64,000 bases of DNA from the human T2T-CHM13v2.0 reference genome, Homo sapiens: assembly GCF_009914755.1 (NCBI RefSeq), contig NC_060929.1; one strand, written 5' to 3'. This document shows positions 1-13,504 of this stretch, piece by piece. Each line of letters starts with the position of its first letter. The first letter of the stretch is position 1. Position numbers and translations under genes: made by a program. The notes under the pieces are model-generated. The model made no database searches. It was not told the origin of the DNA and saw only the letters and a list, made by a program, of their open reading frames with translations.

Positions 1-629
1 TAAAATACAGGGTCCTGCTGACCATGTTAGACAGGAGAGGGAAGAAAAAAGGTACAATAATGTAACTTATCCATAATGATTGAACTGAAGGAAAATTCAT
101 TTCTATTGATGTCAAGTAAAAACTGATGAAAAGATTCTCCAGATGGTTTGCATACAAGTACTTTGCTTTGTGAAATAGATATATTTATGAAAAGTTGTGT
201 TAGTTGATAACATATTTAATGCTGAAGGAGAAATTACTACATAAAACAATTCTTATTGAAGAATTCCTTGTAAATCTTTTGAAATGATGGAATTTATTCT
301 TCATGTGAGTTAAGATTTCATCCTTTGGAAAAGCATAAAATGCAGAACAGTAGTACAAAGGACACACTGTTATTTATAATAAAACTAAAGATTCTTTTTA
401 TGCTTCCATACAATGCCTTCCATAAAAGAATTCTTGTAGAGTGCTATCAGAATCACACCTTGCTTTACAAGCAGAATGCAAAGTTTGCAACATGAGGCAA
501 AACAGACAAAAATAAGCCTAATGTCATCAGTTTTCTGTAAAATGACTTCTTTGTTTTTTCCATAAGAATCCTGATCTAAAGTCAAGTTGGGTCTACCCAT
601 CTACATATAAATATTTATATCTGAAATCT

Positions 630-725
630 ATATTTTACTCTATACCTACATCTACCTATGTATCTACGTATGTATTTATGTATCTTTCTATCTATCTATT
701 GGCTCATTTATCTATATATCTCTCT
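630..725. repeat. Degenerate (TCTA/TGTA)n low-complexity tract
   Basis: Runs of tatc/tacc/tatg units, e.g. tctatctatctatt. Confidence 0.6.
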
Positions 726-887
726 ATAAAAATCCCTAGAGGTTTTTAAGAGAGTGACTGAGCAATAATGAGAACTCTGCTCAATTTCTTATAGACATAT
801 GCAAACACTTATTAAAACCATCAATAATCTACCCTCCAAATACCAGGGGTCCTTTTGTGTATCCTACTCTGGCTTACCCACAGGGTC

Positions 888-929
888 TACACTATGATGC
901 CCACACTGTGATGTCCATACTGTGATGCT
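888..929 (+). repeat. 14-bp tandem repeat, 3 copies
   Basis: tacactatgatgcc / cacactgtgatgtc / catactgtgatgct. Confidence 0.85.
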
Positions 930-934
930 TTGGG

Positions 935-1010
935 CCCTTATTACTTAAGTGAGCTAATATGTATAAAGTTTTAAAAAGAGTACCTAGTACATTTCCTAGG
1001 TACTATTAAA
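935..1010 (+). mobile_element. MIR fragment (core)
   Basis: ttaagtgagctaatatgtataaagt...agtacctagtacat resembles the MIR core (ttaaatgagntaatacatgtaaagc...agtgcctggcaca). Confidence 0.5.
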
Positions 1011-1522
1011 TAAAACAATAAAGAAAAGAATAACTCACTAAAAAAGATAAAATCCCTATGTCAAAATAGGTTTTGGGAGCAGATAGAAAAAAATCACTGT
1101 TGATTCAGCTGAAGGGCACTAGAAAGCAAGATATTAGTAAGTGTACATATACAGGATGGAACATAAATAAAATAAAATAAAATGAAAACCTTTGAAGGCA
1201 ACTGCAAACCCTCTTACCAGGAAGATTGAGTTCAGAAAGTGATTTGTCAGCATCCATAAAACTGTAGCAGGCTGACTGGTAGCCCAAAGGTAAAGTAAAA
1301 TCTCAGTCTCTTCACAGTTCTAGGCAGTCATCTCTTTATTTAGTTTATATTCCACAATCTTGATTTTCACTTACTAATATCTTGCTTTCTAGTGCCCTTC
1401 AGCTGAATCATCAGTGATTTTTTTCTATCTGCTCCCAAAACCTATTTTGACATAGAGACTTTATCTTTTTTAGTAAGTTGTTCTCTTCTTTATTGTTTTA
1501 TTTAATAGTACCTAGGAAATGT
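989..1522. repeat. Long inverted repeat: 155-bp arms at 989-1143 and 1368-1522, 224-bp spacer
   Basis: Arm 2 is the reverse complement of arm 1 with about 6 substitutions counted by eye and no indels seen. Confidence 0.95.
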
Positions 1523-1980
1523 TTACATAGATAAACATGTGTCATGGTGGTTTGCTGCACCTACCAACCCATCACCTAGGTATTAAGTCTGACATGCATT
1601 AGCTATTTATCCTGATGCTCTCCTCCCACCTCTCTACCCTCTCCCGACAGGCCCCAGTGTGTGTTGTTCCCCTATCTGTGTTCATGTGTTCTCATTGTTC
1701 AGCTCCTACTTATAATTGAGAGCATGCAGTGTTTGGTTTTCTGTTCTTGTATTAGTTTGCTGAGGATAACAGCTTCCAGCTTCATCCATGTCCCTGCAAA
1801 AGACGTGATCTCATTCATTTTTATGGCTGCATAGTATTCCATGGTGTATATGTACCACACTTTCTTTATCCAGTCTATCATTGAAGGGCATTTGGGTTGA
1901 TTCCATGTCTTTGCTATTGTGAATAGTGCTGCAATGAACATACATGCACATGTATCATTATAATAGAATAATTTATATTC
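1523..1980 (-). mobile_element. L1PA (about L1PA8-10) 3' fragment lacking its poly(A) tail
   Basis: Typical L1PA 3'UTR (ttacatagataaacatgtgtcatggtggtttgctgcacc) and ORF2 C-terminus in ORF 1699-2091 ([24 protein letters not shown]...). Confidence 0.93.
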
Positions 1981-4904
1981 TCGATTCCATTCTGAACCAA
2001 ATTCTTCAGTTGCCAGCTGAAAAGCCTGTGAGAGATTCAGTTCAGGTGCACTACGGCTGTAGCACAGCAGAACTATGGCTTCTGGTAACATTTGGTAGCC
2101 ACCCCCCCTCCTATTTTTTCATAGTCCTCTCTCACAACTGGTTGGAGATTAGAGCTAGAGATTCAGCACCTTAGTTTTATGTGAAGGATTTTTAAATTTC
2201 CTCTTGCTCTCAGCATCTATTGCTTGCTTCACAATTTCTGGAACAGATAATCTGCTTTGACTCCTGTTTACCATTGGCTTTTGTTCCCTGTCAAGTTGGT
2301 AGAGATGTCTATCATGTATTTAAACCCATGCCATTTTTCTTTTTATATTTTATCCATCTCTTTGGAGTAGAAAGGATTAATTACTTGCCAAGTCACTGTA
2401 CCATCTTGAGCAGTTCACACCCTGAGCTGATTTTAGAGCTGTGATTTTAGGCCACGGTCATCTACTCTTATTCTGTTTTGTAATGCCCATCAACAGTTCC
2501 ATTTCCTAATTTGAGGTGATGGTCTTGTGATTGTTGGATCAGCTGTAAGTCCTAGTCATAAGACAGTGCATTGAAACAGTCATTTTCTGTTAACATCCAG
2601 CTGTAGTGGATTAGGCATGCATGTGCTTTTATAAAAATAATTTAAATAAAAAATACATTCTTACTATACTTCCTCCCACAATTGGAAAGTTTGGTTGTTT
2701 TTTATTTTCCATGACTCCAAAATAAAATACCAACCACATATATTAGATTAAATACTAGGTTATCACATGAGAACACTCCTTAGGAAATAATCTAGAAAAT
2801 GTTTGTCAATCCCACCCTGTGGCAGAAGGGACTAAGTAATTTTTTGATGTGTCTCACAGTCTTGATCTGTTAAATATGAGACAAAGGCAGAATGTTAACT
2901 GTATTTACCACACAAAGTAGATGTTATTTTCTCTGTTCACTTATTACTTTTCAAGGAGATGTTTACCAATGAAAGTTCAGCACCTGGTACAGTACACAGC
3001 TCAATAATGAATTCTTGCCTCAGTGAATCACAAGTTCAGTTTAAGACAATTATGGAAAAGGTTGAGAACTACATCAATTACACTTAGTGCACCTGTGGCA
3101 TTAGTACATATGTTTATTCTAGAAACTATTATTTCATCTAGTTTCCAAACGTTCATTTTGGTGAATTTCATTTTCTTAAATAAACAATATTTAATACAGC
3201 TTTAATAGTATGTTGATGACCTACACTTGGTTGTATGATTATAATGACATGTTTAACTACACATGGCATGTTCATATTTTCTATTTTTAAAATAGACATC
3301 AATCATTTACCACAGCCTCAACGAGACATTCTTAGGAACAATGTTGTCAAGGAAACATACTGAAACTGTTACATAAAAGAATGTCTCTGTGAGGAAAATC
3401 TTTCAAAATAGTATTTCTATTTTTTCCCAAATTATGTAAAATTATAATTTACAAGCAATTCAATTTAAGTAAATAATTTATAAGCAGTTTATGTAATGGT
3501 GCAGCTGTGGGAATCTGTCAGGTAAAGATATTTTTTAATTTGAAGGTTAAGTGATTAGATGCCACTAACATAATACAAAGACCTAATCGGGAGGAGATTT
3601 TTAAAAGTGGTATGATGCTTGATTCCCATGTTAATTTAAGCATATAAAATTTCAGAGACATCTTTAAGATACAAATGACATAGTTCTTAATAGAATTAAT
3701 AGATTAAAAAATGTTCCTCTATTTCCATGTTGATAGAGTGAGGGAGAGAAAAAAAAGAATGATTACCTTTGAAGGCATAAATGTCAAAGTCCATGGGAAC
3801 TTACTAGGAAGTATCATTAAACAGCAAGTATATGTTATTTGTGTGTTCAGGCAACTATGTTAGAAAATAGTAGCTGGAGACTAGGCTGGTCTCAGACTTC
3901 AATCATTAGCACTTGCTTGTTATCTATTTTACATTTATCATTTAGCATTGAAGGATATAAGCTTGAATGAAAAATTTGTAGGAAGATTTCCTGGAATATA
4001 TATCACATATGTTTTGTTAAAAAGTATAGATTGTCCTACATGACATCATAGAATATTTGAATTTGAAAGAACTAAAGAGATTTTTCGAGAGATGAGAAAA
4101 TGTGCAAAGAAAGGCTATGAAAACTACCTAAAGTTACTTAGGAACAAAGCCAGAAATAGAACCTGGTTTCCTGATTCCTAGTTCAGTGCTATTTCCATGA
4201 TATTGTTAACTTAAAGAACTCGGGGTACCACTCTTTTCCTGTGATTCTTTCCCAATCGTTAACACTACTGATTTTCAACTGAAATGTCAACTACATATAG
4301 CATTTTGTATGCTATTTAAATTATTCCTTGTGGGATAGAGGAAAGAATATAAAAAGTAAAAAAAATGTTTCCTTAAACATATAGGAATTCTCAATGGCCT
4401 TGATGATATATTAAGAGATAAAAGGCTATCCAGTAAGTGTCAAGGAACTGTAATCATTTAAATACATTTTCATAATCAAAATCTAAAAAAAGAATAAGCT
4501 TTTGCTGGAGTCAAAGTAAAAAAAGATGTAAGCAGGAAGTTAAAGATTATGCTTTCTCCTTTCATTTATTTTTCATTCATTCTTCTACATTCATACTATA
4601 AAATATTACACAGACAAACTCTGTCTAAGATGATATTCTTACCTGGCTTGTCTCTGAGAGCACCAACATCTTGACTGACATTGTCAAGTAGACTCATCCG
4701 GTAGATATCTACAACTGACAGAATGGCATTTATACTGCCGTTTTCAAGGCAGCAAAATGATCATTGAGTGCTAATTATCAGTGATCAATTTTGGTTAATA
4801 ATCCTATCCATTTGAAAAAGCATGTACTCGTTTTTCCTCCGGCTGTTTTATTATGTGTTAATTAAAAATTTTAAAAATCAAATAAATGTTCTCTTTGCTT
4901 TTGG

Positions 4905-6010
4905 TTTTCAGAGATTTACTAGTATATGTCTACATGCAATTTTCTTTGCAATTATCCCTCTTATTCTGTTCATAGCACTTTTTGAATCTGTGACTTAATA
5001 TATTTTATCAGTTTTGGACACTTCTCAGCCAGTAGCTCTTCAAATACTGTTTCTGCTTCATTTTTTCTTTCTCCTTCTGGGTCTTCAAATACATGTATGT
5101 AATACCTTTAAACCATATGCCATTTGTTATTTCTACACTTGTTTCTGTATCTTCCATCCTTTTTTTTCCAGACTGTAGCTTGAATATTCTGTTTTAGATA
5201 TTTCTTTTTTCTATGTCACTCATTCTGTCTATAGGCATATTTAGTACTATTGATACCAGCATACTGTTTCTAGAATTCCCATTTGGTTTATTTTTGTAAT
5301 AATTTTGGTTAATTGCTCAATTCTATTTACTCAGTTCTATTAGGCATATTTATTTTAATGCTCTTGTTTCTGAATCCCTGGTGTGACTGTTTTTTATTAC
5401 TTGTTTCTCTTGGGAGTTTAGATGAACTATCTTGTCTCCTATGTGGCCTAACTATTTTTGATCAAGTGCTAGATATCACTCATCGAAAATTATGGATATA
5501 ATTTCAGGATCATGATACTGTTATCTTCTATAAGAGAAAATTTTTATTTGTTTCTGGCACAGTTAGGGACACTAACAATTTCAGGCCAAAATTTTCAGTC
5601 CATATGAAAATAGTTTTATTTCTAATTCCTACTTGTCCCCAGGATGTCAGTCTTTGTAATCTCAGCCCTGTCTTAGTGGTTGACCCAAGCACCTTCCCTA
5701 TCTCTGCCCTTGATTCATCCTTGATTTATCTTTTATTTTCAATCTTGTCCTCTTAGCCTCCTGAGTGTAATGAAGGCTTTCTTCAGCTTCTTTTTGGGCT
5801 TTTCTAGTGAAACGGGCAAAGCAGCTCTCAAATTCCAGGTTATAAATCTGTTTTTTTTTTTCTTTTCTTAGATCTTATCACAATAAATCTTCACTGCCTT
5901 AGTAGTTCTTCAGTGCCATTACACAGATTTTGTTTTATTTTGTCCAAACTTTCTATTTTCTTTCAGCAGGAAGATAGTTCCAAAATATCTAGTTTTCTAT
6001 TACTGGAAGC
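4905..6010 (-). mobile_element. Ancient L1M (L1ME-type) 5'/ORF1-region fragment
   Basis: T-rich tract with diagnostic decayed motifs (ttctcagccagtagctcttcaaatactgtttctgc, tctccttctggg). Confidence 0.65.
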
Positions 6011-9000
6011 GAACATCTCAAATTTTATCTTTGAAATTTGTCTCATTTTTATATACTTGTGAAGTTTTAATTTTTCTACCAACAAGATTTTTTTGCGAGG
6101 GAGGGAGCTGCTGTGCATTTCTTTTTCTTTTTACTAGTGATACAAGGCTATAACATAGCTAAGAAAAAATTTAACTTAGTATTTTTACTATGCTCCTTTT
6201 AAGGTTTGCAGGTACAAATACAGTAGAATTGATTGGGAGTGGAGGAAATGTAGCATGCTATATCTTCTTAGTCACTCATTTAATACCAACGTTGTTTCCG
6301 CTGATAACATATGTTTATTCCAGAAGTTCAAGAGATATTATTTTTATTTCCTGATTGAATGTTTGTATTGTGGAATATAATTAGCAAGTATAGAGTTTTC
6401 TTTTATTGATGTACTATTGAACATTCTATAATGTTAAGGAAAAAGTTATTAAGAATCAATTTTTATGTAATTAAAACATCTCATTTCCAGTTTTCAGAAC
6501 ATTACAAATGAAAGCAAAAGTTGTCTGCTATTGTAAATAATTTTTTTTGCATACGAACATTATGTATACGTATATATATGTCTTTTACTGTACTCTAGGT
6601 ACACAGAATTGAATTGCTCAGAATATATGATGCATTGTCCACTTTTATTATTGATATATCATGGTCCTCTTTTATTTGTTTCATTATTTACTTATTTTTA
6701 ATGAATTAACCTCCATAAAACCACCACGTGATCAGAAAACTAGACCCGAAAACATTAACAAAAACTTCCATCTGCCTATTTGTTTTCTCCATTCCGTTTT
6801 TCTTTCTTCTTTCTGTCCTGATGTAACCACTTTCTGGGACTTGTGCTCAGTGCCTAAACAATATATTGCTTAATTTTAGTTGTTTTAAAATTTTTGTTTA
6901 GAGTCTTGACCTTTTGAAAGTATCAAAATCTTCCTAAGTGTTTATTGCTAAGCTAGCCGAATAGAAGGCTAATGCTCTAGGCATCTCAGTTCTATTGCTG
7001 ATTCCTGTCCAAGAAAAAGAGAACTTTTACTTCTTGTTAAGGCTCACATCAAAATAGAGCTTAAGCATACATGCTTAATAAGCATTCGTGAGTGGGATAA
7101 TTGTGCTGCTTTTATTGTATTTTTTTAAGCCAGGTTTATAGATGGTTTGTAAAGACAGCTAAGTCCATGTGGGCTACAAAAAACTAGTATGAATTTTATG
7201 CCTGGCATACAAATGCAGTGCTTCATCGGTTGCCCCAAATTCCATTCCTATTTATGTTATTCTCAACTACATTCAGCAACAAGGGAGGGAACTGCGGGGG
7301 AGCTAACTGCTTAGAATCTCATGAATTGTGCACTCTTCCATCCAACTTCATGGACTCACATGGGTTCTGAAAATAATAATTATGTTAACTCTGACAGTGG
7401 TTTTTTTATTTCAGAGACTCAGATTCTGGTTTTACCCATAGAAGTTGGAAGAACAAATAAAAAAGAATAGATGCTCTTAGTACATAGTGGATAGTGCAAA
7501 AAGTCAACAAAATTATTGTGAATCCAAAGCTTAAAATGGCAATTAAAATAGATTGTGCCTCCTACACTCTGTTTCTGGAATAGTTTTATTTGGAATTTAA
7601 GAGGAATGTCTTGATTTAAAAATATGCTTTGGTTTTATTATTAGAATAAGAATTTTGGGAAGAATGAAAGAAAAATAAAGTAACAGACAAATTCCAATGG
7701 AGTAAGAAAGACTTTTTCTTAGGAGAAATGTTAAAATCTTAGAGGTTTGACTAGCTAGATATGACAAATTAAAGAAAATAAGCCCCAGTTTATCTACTTT
7801 TTAAAGTGGGACTGTAAAAGAGGGGATTGTTTTAGTTCTTCTAAAATTAGGGAGGGTAAATGGAGCATAGAAAAACATGGTTATAGCATAGTAGCAGGGT
7901 CAAAGAGAGTGTAGTGTAATTGTTATGTTGAGCAATCCCAGATCTAACAAGTTTTTTTTTTTTTTTTTAAAAAGAACTTTTGAGTAACCTTTATTCTAAA
8001 CCTAATAATGAGAAGTTTTAGGGACAGACTGACAATGTCAGGCTTTGTTTTGTTCTGTTTTCTCTTTCTATTATGTGGATCTAGAAGAAAAATAAAAGCC
8101 ATTGATATAACTGACTCTACTTGAGGCTAATCCACTTTTCAATTTCATTGTAAAAGAGAAAGATTTTTAGAAACTTTACTTAGTCTATAAATATACTTGT
8201 CTATAGACACCATTATTATAGACACAGTTATAGACAGATGTTTCATATTTTGGTAGAATTTGTTTTTTTAGAGTCACCTATGAAATTGTGGGCTTAACAG
8301 ACTCTTGAAAATGTTCCTCTTAAAGTTGTAGATAAGGAGTCTTTAATGAGAACTAACCACACGGCTATAGAATATCTGGACAGATGTGAAAGAGAATGAT
8401 TGAAATAGCAACCTACATTAAAAGAAGTACTGATGCAAGGTGATACACCTGTTGTAAGTGGGTGGGAAGATATTGTCTCTCTCTCAAGGAGAAGAAATGT
8501 AAAATAAGGGCTTTAAGGGAAGTGATAGGAGCTACTATATATTGAAAAAGAAAGAAAATAATACATCTAATTCAGCCTGTCTCTGACGAGACAGTGATTG
8601 AGATGATTCAACCCAGGAGGTGAAGGTTGAAAATATTTTTTTAAACAGTGGATGTTTTGGGCAGCACCAGAACTCACTCACTATAATGATCTCAAGATAG
8701 GGTACCCTACCAGACAAAACCTGGAGAAAATTATGTCATTGAAAACAGACAACTGAGCTTAAAAACAACGAGAAAGAGAAAGAGAAGCAGCTACTCAGGT
8801 CTTACGGATAGTTATTCCTAAGGTAGAGAAGGAAAGTAATCCATTTAAGAAGCAAGGTAAACTATTGTGAACCTACTTTGAATAAGAGAATAGCAGACAG
8901 AAATAAAGCATTAGAGACCTTTCCTGTTGCAGAAAACTATTAAGCAAAAAGAGATGTTGCTCAAAGCCTAGAACATTAGAAAGCTGAGGAAAAGAAGGGC

Positions 9001-9704
9001 CTGCAGAGGGTGATTCTCCAGCAGAGACCAAGACTGGGGAGAGGGGAATCTTCCCTAGCAGGCAAGTCTCATGCTCTAAGACATTCCAGAGCAAGCAGCA
9101 ATAGTCCCTGTGAAACAGGCCTGCATCCTGGACAGATCTCACCCTCAACTGCTATCCTGGAATGGGGGCAGAAAATTAGGCTCAAAGGGAAAATGAAATT
9201 AACAAGTTTTAAGTATGCTGCATAGGAAAGAAAGAAACTTCAATAAGACCCGCTGACTTGGGGCCATGACTACTGCAAATTTCAAAACTTTGTCAGGAGT
9301 TTTTCCCACTCTCTGATTGAAGAGAGAGAATGCAAAAATGAACTCCTTTCCCCTTGATATTTGTTAAGCATAATTAATCTTATGGCTGACTTCACAATTC
9401 ACTGATTTTGGACCCTGAACAAGTGACACTGACCAACTGGGAGTCTAGAGTAGCAGAAATTGTTTCTCTGAATTGACTCTCCTTTCATTAGATAACATTG
9501 AGCCTTTTATGGTCTTTGGGGGCAGTACATATTGGTTCCTAGTTTCTGGAGATCCTTTTCTAAAAAAATTGGAGATATTCACTTTGGAGCTGCAATTAAG
9601 TTGTTTTAAAACTAGGATTCTAATAATTTTCTGTGTTGTGTTAACTCTTTGGACTTTCTTAGTAGAGGAGCCCATGGGGAAAAGAATTTAATTTCTGATG
9701 TCTT

Positions 9705-9708
<4 letters not shown>

Positions 9709-9755
<47 letters not shown>
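9709..9755. repeat. (TA)n microsatellite, about 23 units
   Basis: Perfect TA run. Confidence 0.98.
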
Positions 9756-9757
<2 letters not shown>

Positions 9758-10846
9758 CTGAATTTAAAGCCAGGTGTCTTAACATAGAGGCTTTAATTTC
9801 TTCCTGAGAGCTTCATAAGGGAGTATATTTATATTCCCATTTGGTAATTTTTATGTTGTTGATGCTATTATTGGAGAATAATTATGCCTCTATTTGACTT
9901 CATCGTGTAACCTCTGGTGAATTATGATGGAGAGTGAGGCTGGGCACAAATTAGAATGAGAAACAGAATAGGGAGTAAAAATAGAACTTCGTATGAGGGT
10001 AGAAGTAGAACTTTGGAATAAGTTTACTTAACGTATGATTCTTTGGACACAGTGGAGCATTGGTTGGTATTTGCAGAGAAGCCTTCATAAACAGGGTTGT
10101 TCTGAAGCTCATCTCTGTCCCTGGGGATGAACTGAACCCATCATTAGCCATTTGCTTAGCTGTTAAACCAAATATGTGAAGAGAATGGAAACCAGAGGAA
10201 TATGTGTACATGTGTGGGAATCTTATTTACTACTCCTCATATTTCCACAAGTAGAAAATAATATATATTCAATCTCCAAGAAGGAAAATGGGCTAAAATC
10301 CTTCTAGACTTCTCTCTACTGACTTTACTCCTAGATAAAATTCAAATGATGACTTTTGGGATTGATACATTGGGGAAAAGGTACTGAGCATGAATGGTTT
10401 TGATCTTTCTGGGTTTCCCTTTCTTTGGAGTCAACTTGACTGAAGCACACACTAGAGGGAAGCTTACCAGGGCAGATTCTGTCTCTGCAGCAGAGCAGTC
10501 AGCAGTCTTGGACGGGGTTAAATTCAGATCAAAGTGAAATGTATTAGGAGACCCATTTGGCCACTGATCCAAGCCATATTCTTCAGTTTAATGTTATCAC
10601 TAATACAGTTGAATTTTTATGTTCATTTCCCTGACTTCCTATTCTGTATTTTTACTCTGGGAGGCTATAGGCACAAGAGTGATTATCACTCCTAAAACCC
10701 CAGGAGATTTAGAGAAGTACCAACTAATGAAGGAGGCACAGTGAGTGCAGGAGCAGTCAGTGAGCTGGGAGAGCCCGTCACGGGGCACCATGTATTCAAA
10801 CTTAAGAGGAAGATTTGGGTCATCAAAAGCGGAATAAAAACGATGA

Positions 10847-11175
<329 letters not shown>

Positions 11176-12439
11176 AACTATGACCACTTTTTTTTCTGAA
11201 GCAATGGTTAAGATTTCACATGTCTACAAGGTGAAATGAAAAGTAACAAAGGGCTGGACTTATGTGTTTTTTGTGTGAGCAGAGGTGATGACTGGCAGGC
11301 AGATGTCTCCTCCAGAGTAGAAGTTCTTGTGTGTGTTAGCAGCCTGTAGCTATGGGGGAATTGTTGGGTCTTCTTATTTTAAAGAAAATGCCGATATAAG
11401 TATTTTTATAAGAAATTCCCTAAGTTTTAAATGTTGGCTTAAATTTATAGGAAAAAATTCTTGGCCAATTAAAACAGGTCTATAGACTTGAAGTGGTTTC
11501 GGGACTGTTGTAATAGAAATGATATTTCTTTCAGCATGTTGGGGACCTGCTCCCTAATGCACTTAGATTTGAGTTTCTTTCTTACGAGTTTATTTTATTC
11601 CAATTGGCTAAGGCAGTTCAGTTTCCTGTCTGTTTGCTGTATTTAAACTTCTGCTCTACCTTTTTTATTACCACTGATTTAAGAATTTATCATATACTGC
11701 CCTAGACCAAATGTAAAGTTTATGAGTCCAGTGTTCATGGGACTTGACTGGATCCAAGAAAGCACATATAGGGAAATGTGCCATCTCAACGTTTTGTCAA
11801 TTATGCCAGTGTACTTGTGCCAGGGAAAGTGATTTCTCTCTCCTAAAGACATATGAGCCGGAAAGAAGTTCTTTGATTTCTTGTTTTATGTGACGTTCTG
11901 TCTGCAATTAGCAGACTTCCAGATGTTCATGCATTTTATATTCAACTTACACAGTCATTTATGTTTCCCACCAGAAAGCAGAGTGGTTTATGTTCCAGAA
12001 ACTCAATCGAAAAACATTTCTAGTAACTTGAACTTGAAATGACTAAATATTTCATGGTGTAACTTCTAATTATAAATGTTCTGTGAGATTAGAGGACTCT
12101 TATTTTTATCTGGGTAAGTTTGAATTTTATCTACATCCATTGAACAAACATTTGAAAATATTTCCTTCAGTTTGGAGCTGTTTACATCTTTCATTTTTTT
12201 CATTGATCGGATCTCTTCTGATAAACCACTAAGACTTTGTAACTTTTAATCTTATTTTAAAAAATCATAGTTGTTCTGTGTTATAATTGTATATTCTATT
12301 TTTCGTTAGGCTGTGAAGGCCTAGAGAGGCCCTTGCAACACTTCATACAGGACTTTCTTATACTAGGTGCTCAAGAAATTTACTTCATTTGTACTAATTC
12401 ACTTTCCCTAAGAATTCGGAGAAAAGGTATTTGTAGATC

Positions 12440-12588
12440 AGTGATTTAACTAAGGGTGGAGCCTTCATCAAGTTGGTCCCCTTTGCCAACCCATGTGGGA
12501 TATGTGGTATGAACAAGAAATGGACTTTGTTAAGCATTATTTCAGGTCTGTTACTACAACATAAGCTAGTCTATTCTGACTAGTAGAC
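12440..12588 (+). mobile_element. MLT1-type (MaLR) LTR 3' fragment
   Basis: Ends ...tgttactacaacataagctagtctattctgactagta, like the MLT1 terminus. Confidence 0.55.
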
Positions 12589-12704
12589 TGAAGAAGAAAG
12601 GTTAACAGACACTGGCCAGGCAGCTACCTGGATCTGCCACATTCTTCCACAGAGCCTGTTTCCACTGAATCCTGCAAAACAGTGGTGGTCTTCACTTCCC
12701 TTCT

Positions 12705-13350
12705 AACTTAATTTTATAGTGGGCAAATTTTAAATAGATACAAAACCAGAGAAAGTGATATAATAACCCAGTATACCCATCAACATATGACCAATCTTGT
12801 CCATTTGTACTCCTCCCGTCTTCTCTCCACTCTGATTATATCAATCAAATCCTAGGCATCACATAATTTTATGTGTAAATATTTATGTATATGTCTCTAA
12901 AATAAAGAACATTTATAATTTAATCATAATATTATTTTCACAGCTAAAAATTAACAATGTCCATAATATCATCAAATAGTGTTCACATTTCACCAATTGT
13001 CTTATAGAGGATTTTTTTTTACAGTTTATTTGTTCCAATTGAGATCCAAATAAAGTTTGTAATTGTGATTGTCTAACACATCTTTGAATTCTCTGTTAGT
13101 CTAAAGATTAGTTTAGTTATTTCCCTAGTTCTAAAAATCCTGTCATTTTTTTCCTGCAGAGTTTTCTGCAGTCTAGATGTTGCTGTGTGTTCCCATGGCG
13201 TCTGTTAAACAGATTCCTCCATTTGTTTTATTTTCTGATTGGATCTAGATCCAACTGGTCTTTAGATCTAGACAATTGATCAGATTGCATTTTTTTCATA
13301 GAGTGGTATCATGTCCTTTCATCAGGAGACACATGCCTGCTTGTCTCTAC
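12705..13350 (-). mobile_element. L1ME/L1MC 3' fragment
   Basis: caaatcctaggcatcacataattttatgtgtaaatattt and gatccaaataaagt motifs. Confidence 0.65.
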
Positions 13351-13504
13351 CACTCTTCCTCTTGTCCTCTTTTTTAGTGCCTTGAACACCTTAGAGATAT
13401 CTTCTGTTTCTGTTAATGGTGATGCATGAAGCTTTCAATAGGACCCTTATTGTACTGGCAGGGCCATCTTCTCATTTTCAGCAAAATTGAGTGTTCTCTC
13501 ACTT

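Noticed and set aside
90-560. Possible decayed DNA-transposon coding sequence
   Set aside because: Only a vague impression; no continuous frame or motif I can support.
888-929. CRISPR-like array
   Set aside because: Contiguous 14-mers with no spacers, in eukaryotic DNA with no cas genes; the same applies to the 123-bp duplication.
10342-10572. 76-aa ORF with natural-looking composition
   Set aside because: Non-ATG start, no recognisable homology, and no convincing splice-site pair.
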